Below the pieces are notes generated by a model. It made no database searches, had not been told where the DNA came from, and saw only the letters and a list, made by a program, of their open reading frames with translations. DNA of 64,000 nucleotides from the human T2T-CHM13v2.0 reference genome, Homo sapiens, in assembly GCF_009914755.1 (NCBI RefSeq), contig NC_060935.1. One strand, given 5' to 3'. The position numbers and the translations under genes are program-made. Below are positions 59,675-64,000 of this stretch, piece by piece (position 1 is the first letter of the stretch; each line of letters begins with the position of its first letter).

Positions 59675-59900
59675 CTTAATAATAATAATTACTATGTATG
59701 GAGCACCTTCTATGTTCCAAGCCTGTGCCTGGCACTTTACATTAATTATCTTATTTAATCCTCAATGACTGTATAATGTAGTATTATTATTTCTATGTTT
59801 CAAAGAAGTCAATTGAGGTTCAGAGAATTTATAGAACTAAGTAAGCTGCAAGGCTGGATCTCCAAGCCAGCGTCATGTGATTCCCAAGCCCACACTCAGC
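59675..59900 (-). mobile_element. MIR SINE
   Basis: gagcaccttctatgttcc...ttatttaatcctc...attgaggttcagagaa. Confidence 0.75.
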
Positions 59901-60302
59901 CACTGCACTGTACCACTCTCCAGAAGAACCTGTGGGCAGGGGTGATCTACTTGGAGATGATCCATCTTTTCTTATTATCACGTGAGGCTTCAAAACCTCC
60001 TTCTGTGGCAGAACCTCCCACCCTCCACACCCCCAACATTTTCCAGCTGCAAAAGACATCGAGGGGCAGGGAGGCGGGTTTGCTTCCTCTTCCTTCCCCT
60101 CCCCTCTCTTCTTTCTCCTCACTCTCCAGTCCTTCCCTTGCACACTGAGGTAGCCTTGTGGAGCTATAACTGTGTCTTGGTGGGATGTCTCATAACTGAG
60201 GCTGCTGGGAGAGAATTTTGGACAGGGGGAACTTTGGAGGGGATTCCCTTTGTGTCTCAGGATGAGAAGTTCAGAGAAACAGCCGGTAGCCATTCATCAT
60301 GC

Positions 60303-60497
60303 ATGCCTACTCATACATAGGTCAGATATGAGGCAGGGAAAGCCCCATTACTAGAAGGGTTTAAACAGGGACTGTAGAACCATTGGCCAGGATTATGAGA
60401 GTAGCATATGCCTACTCATACATAGTTCAGAAATGAGGCAGGGAAAGCCCCGTTACTAGAAGGGTTTAAACAGGGACTGGATAACCATCTGCCAGGG
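60303..60497. repeat. Two-copy tandem duplication, period 105 bp
   Basis: atgcctactcatacatag..cag..atgaggcagggaaagcccc.ttactagaagggtttaaacagggactg at 60303 and 60408. Confidence 0.95.
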
Positions 60498-61330
60498 ACC
60501 TTATAAGGGGGAATTCCCTCTATTCTCTGAGGTTAAAAGAGTTTCCACAGTTTAAGCACATGAGAGGGGAGCTCAGGAGACTTAAAGCCAACTTCTGGAG
60601 ACTGCTGCAGGGACCACAGTGGGTTCTGAGCAGTAGAAACATGATTCACATTCACATCCAAAGCCCCTACCAGCTATTCCTAGGAAAGCCCAAGCTGAAA
60701 TGGCATATCGTTTTCCCACAGGTTTCTACTCTTACCCCACACTCTGGTCTTCCTTATGTATCCATTTCATTAGGCCCAAATTCCCCAGAACAGAAAAAGA
60801 CAGCAGAGAGCTAAGAGCCTTTCTACCTGTCCAGAGCAAATATGTGTTGGATGTGTGTGTGTGTGTGCATGTGCAGAATGTGCTGTAGGGGCAGGATGGT
60901 GGCTACTGGTGGCTTTTCCTGGCCTTTCAAACCCCATGACCTGAATGATGTGGCTTCATGGGAGCTGGCCGTGACTCAACTGTGGGCAAAATTCAGCTTC
61001 TAAAATTCTGGAAATCCAAAGAGAGTTCTATTGGCTTGTAAGCCAAGGAGTGACCAAAGTACATGAACAACAACGTGTGTGTGTGTGTGTTGGGTTGGGT
61101 GTGCAGGGGTTCCTCCTCTTTGGGCCATCATTCAATGCCCAACTCAGCCACATACTTCTCTTAGGACTCTGAGGAGTTTCCCAAAACTCAATGAGCCTTC
61201 TTTTATTGAAGCATTGTAGAAATAGTAGTAATAGTAAGTAAAGCAATAATAATAGAACCAATTCCACAAAAATGTGGTAGGACCACGTGGATAGTGAATG
61301 CAAAGCACTTGGTGGAAAGAAAACACATGC

Positions 61331-61690
61331 TGACATGGTTTGGTTCTGTGTCGCCACCCAAATCTCATCTCGAATTGTAATCCCCAAGTGTTGAGGGAGG
61401 GAGGTGATTGGATCATGGGGACAGTTTCCCCCTACACTGTTCTCGTGAGAGTCAATGAGTTCTCATGAGATCTGATGGTTTTATAAGTGTTTGGAAGTTC
61501 CTCCTTTGCTCTTCTCTGTCCTGTCACCTGGTGAAAAAAAGTGCTTGCTTCCCCTTCCCCTTCTGCCATGATTGTGAGTTTCCTGAGGCCTCCTCAGCCA
61601 TACCGAACTGTGAGTCAATTAAACCTCTTTCCTTTATAAATTACCCAGTCTTGGTATGTCTTTATAGCAGTGTGAGAACAAACTAACACA
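61331..61690 (+). mobile_element. THE1D/MSTA-type MaLR solo LTR
   Basis: TG...CA termini (tgacatggtttgg...aactaacaca); THE1 body cccaaatctcatctcgaattgtaatcccc; 5-bp TSD catgc / tatgc. Confidence 0.92.
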
Positions 61691-63829
61691 TATGCCCTGG
61701 ATGGAAGAGCTCATTTCATTAATGCTAAAGTCAACAGAGCCTTGAAAATGGCTTGCAGGCATGGCCTCAGGAAGAGCCAAGAACCAAGTGTGATCCCCTC
61801 TTCTACCCCTAGGAGCTATGGGCTGAGCCCCTTGACCAGCAGACTTCCCAGGATGAAAAGGAGAAGAGCTCAAGGAATTGCCATGAAGAGTTAGTGTAGA
61901 GAGTAGTTTGGTGATGAGTCAATGGTCATTCACCCCCCACCTCACGGTGCAAGACTTTGTAGTGAATCTTCTGAGTCCTATGTCTCATTTTCCTTATCTA
62001 ACAAATGGCGTGGTGGTCCTCGCCCTAGCTAACCCATAGGATTGACTTGATTTGAAAACCCTGAAATGTTACTCGGTGGTGGGCTTCAGGCTCCCCCAGG
62101 CAGGATCTTGCAGCTGTGGGCTATGCATATGCCTCTGTGGACAGGGACATCATCAGCTCTCTATCCAGCCCACTCCCCACATTCCCACCCCATGGCAAAG
62201 CCTAAGCTTTGTGCCTTCTAGAGGGACCAGAGTCTCACTTAGGGAGAAACAAATCTTCCTCCTGGTGGAGAACAGGCAGCACTCTGGGTGTGTGCCTGGG
62301 AGCCCCACCCACTCTGGCCGTCCTCCTATGTGAGGATAGGGAGCCAGGTCAGGCCACCCCCTCCACGTTGCTGCCTTTAAACTACTGTGCTTTGTGCTTT
62401 CTGGTGTTTCAGTTTATCATCTCAGGATTTGGAATTGGGAAGAAGGACGCTCCTTCAGCTCAGATGTTTGCTTGTGCCCCAGACTCCAGAGACCCTCTCC
62501 CCACCTCCTTTCCTCCCTTGCCCCCTTCCATGGGGACAAAGAGGGGCTCCCGCCTCAGGCCTTGGGGAGGGGCTTGAATGCCTTATGGAGGCTTCCATGG
62601 AGAGTCAGTGGCAGAGGATGAAAAAGAGGAGCTGAAGAAGCAGAAAAAGGAAGAGAGGAGGAAAAGCCAGGAGATTACAAGGGATCAAGAAGAGGCTGTT
62701 TAAGTACATGGCAGGGTACCCAGGAGCTGGGCTCCTGTGGTTGTGTGGGCTGGAGGCTGCATGGCAGTGGATGCTGAGAAGAAGCTGTGCTTTCGAGAAG
62801 CTGAAAGAAGATGGTCTGTCCTCCCACAGGGGCCTCAGGGACCTCAGGCAATGCTGGGCTCTCAGAGGGTAGGGTGGGGGCATCCATGCCCTCATTTTGG
62901 CCTAGGAGGCAACAGGTGTTTATCTGAAGTGCCTCTGCATGCGGTGGACATCAGACAAAGACAGTGTGTGTGTTTGTGCATGTGTAGATGCACGTCGGAG
63001 ACACGTTTCAGTGTGCAGACTGCATGCATTCACTTCTGTGTGTTTTCGAAAGTTCAGGCGTGCATGCCTGTCAAAGAGGCCCATGGGCAATCTGAAACCA
63101 TGACTGGATACCAGCCCAGGCTGCGACAGCCCAAAGGACAGCCCTCTCCCCACATCAGGGCTGCTCTGACCATGTCCCAGCTTAAGCATGGCAGTTGCCC
63201 AAGGCTATCACCTTGCTCTCTGCTGGGCTCAATTCATGACTGACTGGTGGCCAGGACCCAGTGGTTTACCAGGTGCTTTCACCCTTAGGCTCTCACATGG
63301 TCCTGGTAAAAACCATGTGGTACACAGTACAGTTCTCTTTACAGAGACAGGAACCAAAACTTAACATCTCAAAAAACTGCCTTTCGAAGTCAGATCCAGT
63401 ATTGTTTCCTTTGCCTGCAAATGTCATTAGGTACTGTTTCTTTATTTTTGGGCCATCTCCTCTTACATCTCTACCCTTTTAACCCCTAAGGGTCAAAAAT
63501 GTGCATAAAAGGCCAGAGTAGGGACCTTGCTTTCCCCATCCATGTTCTTTGTGGCTGGACTTAAATGGTTAGGGTGAAGGTGGGTCATAAGTCCAGAGTT
63601 TAGCTCCTGGGGGACCTTCTTCCAAGGCCTGGGGGCCTATAAATTCCAAATTCTAGACTTACAGGGATTTTAATGTTGGGAGCAGTTCTGTATAGGAGGG
63701 AAGAGGTGCTGCTATCAGGAACTCAGAGAGGATTTTTCGAATCTGTTGGGACTGTTTTCGAATCCCAGTTATGTGACGGAGGCCAATCAGTATTCTCTCT
63801 CTCTGCATCTCAGCTTTCTCATCTATAAA

Positions 63830-64000
63830 ACGGGAATCTAATAAAAATAATAATAGCAAATACTTGTAGAATGCCAACAAGATGTAAGACTCTATTTTAA
63901 GTACTTAATAGCTATTAATTTAATCTTTACAACAATCTTGTGAGTCAGGAATATTATCACCATTGAACAGACAAGAAAACTGATTCTCAAAGTATTAAGT
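63830..64000 (-). mobile_element. MIR SINE running off the window end
   Basis: ttaatctttacaacaatcttgtgag...acagacaagaaaactga. Confidence 0.7.

Noticed and set aside
60303-60497. Direct repeats as a CRISPR-like array
   Set aside because: Only two long copies, no unique spacers, eukaryotic context
62052-63243. ORF cluster up to 168 aa
   Set aside because: No recognisable protein features or convincing splice structure

Overview
Primate, human-like non-coding genomic DNA. I find no supportable host protein-coding exon, RNA gene or CRISPR array. The long ORFs are LINE-1 ORF2 remnants; most other ORFs are repeat-derived or chance. Bases 1-18.4 kb are a stack of nested minus-strand LINE-1s of several ages plus Alus. 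It includes a young L1PA that lost most of ORF1 and shares a triplicated target-site duplication with an adjacent AluY. Bases 18.5-64 kb are mostly unique sequence with old MIR, L2, CR1, MaLR and hAT relics and several homeodomain-motif-rich, enhancer-like islands. The most unusual structure is an old inverted duplication with arms of about 1.1 kb (~25815-26900 and ~29605-30680) around a ~2.7 kb spacer. Smaller items are hairpins, a 105-bp tandem duplication, a promoter-like motif cluster near 58.6 kb and a candidate cassette exon near 41.8 kb. I cannot identify the locus. Repeat subfamily calls come from remembered consensus sequences, and most boundaries are approximate.
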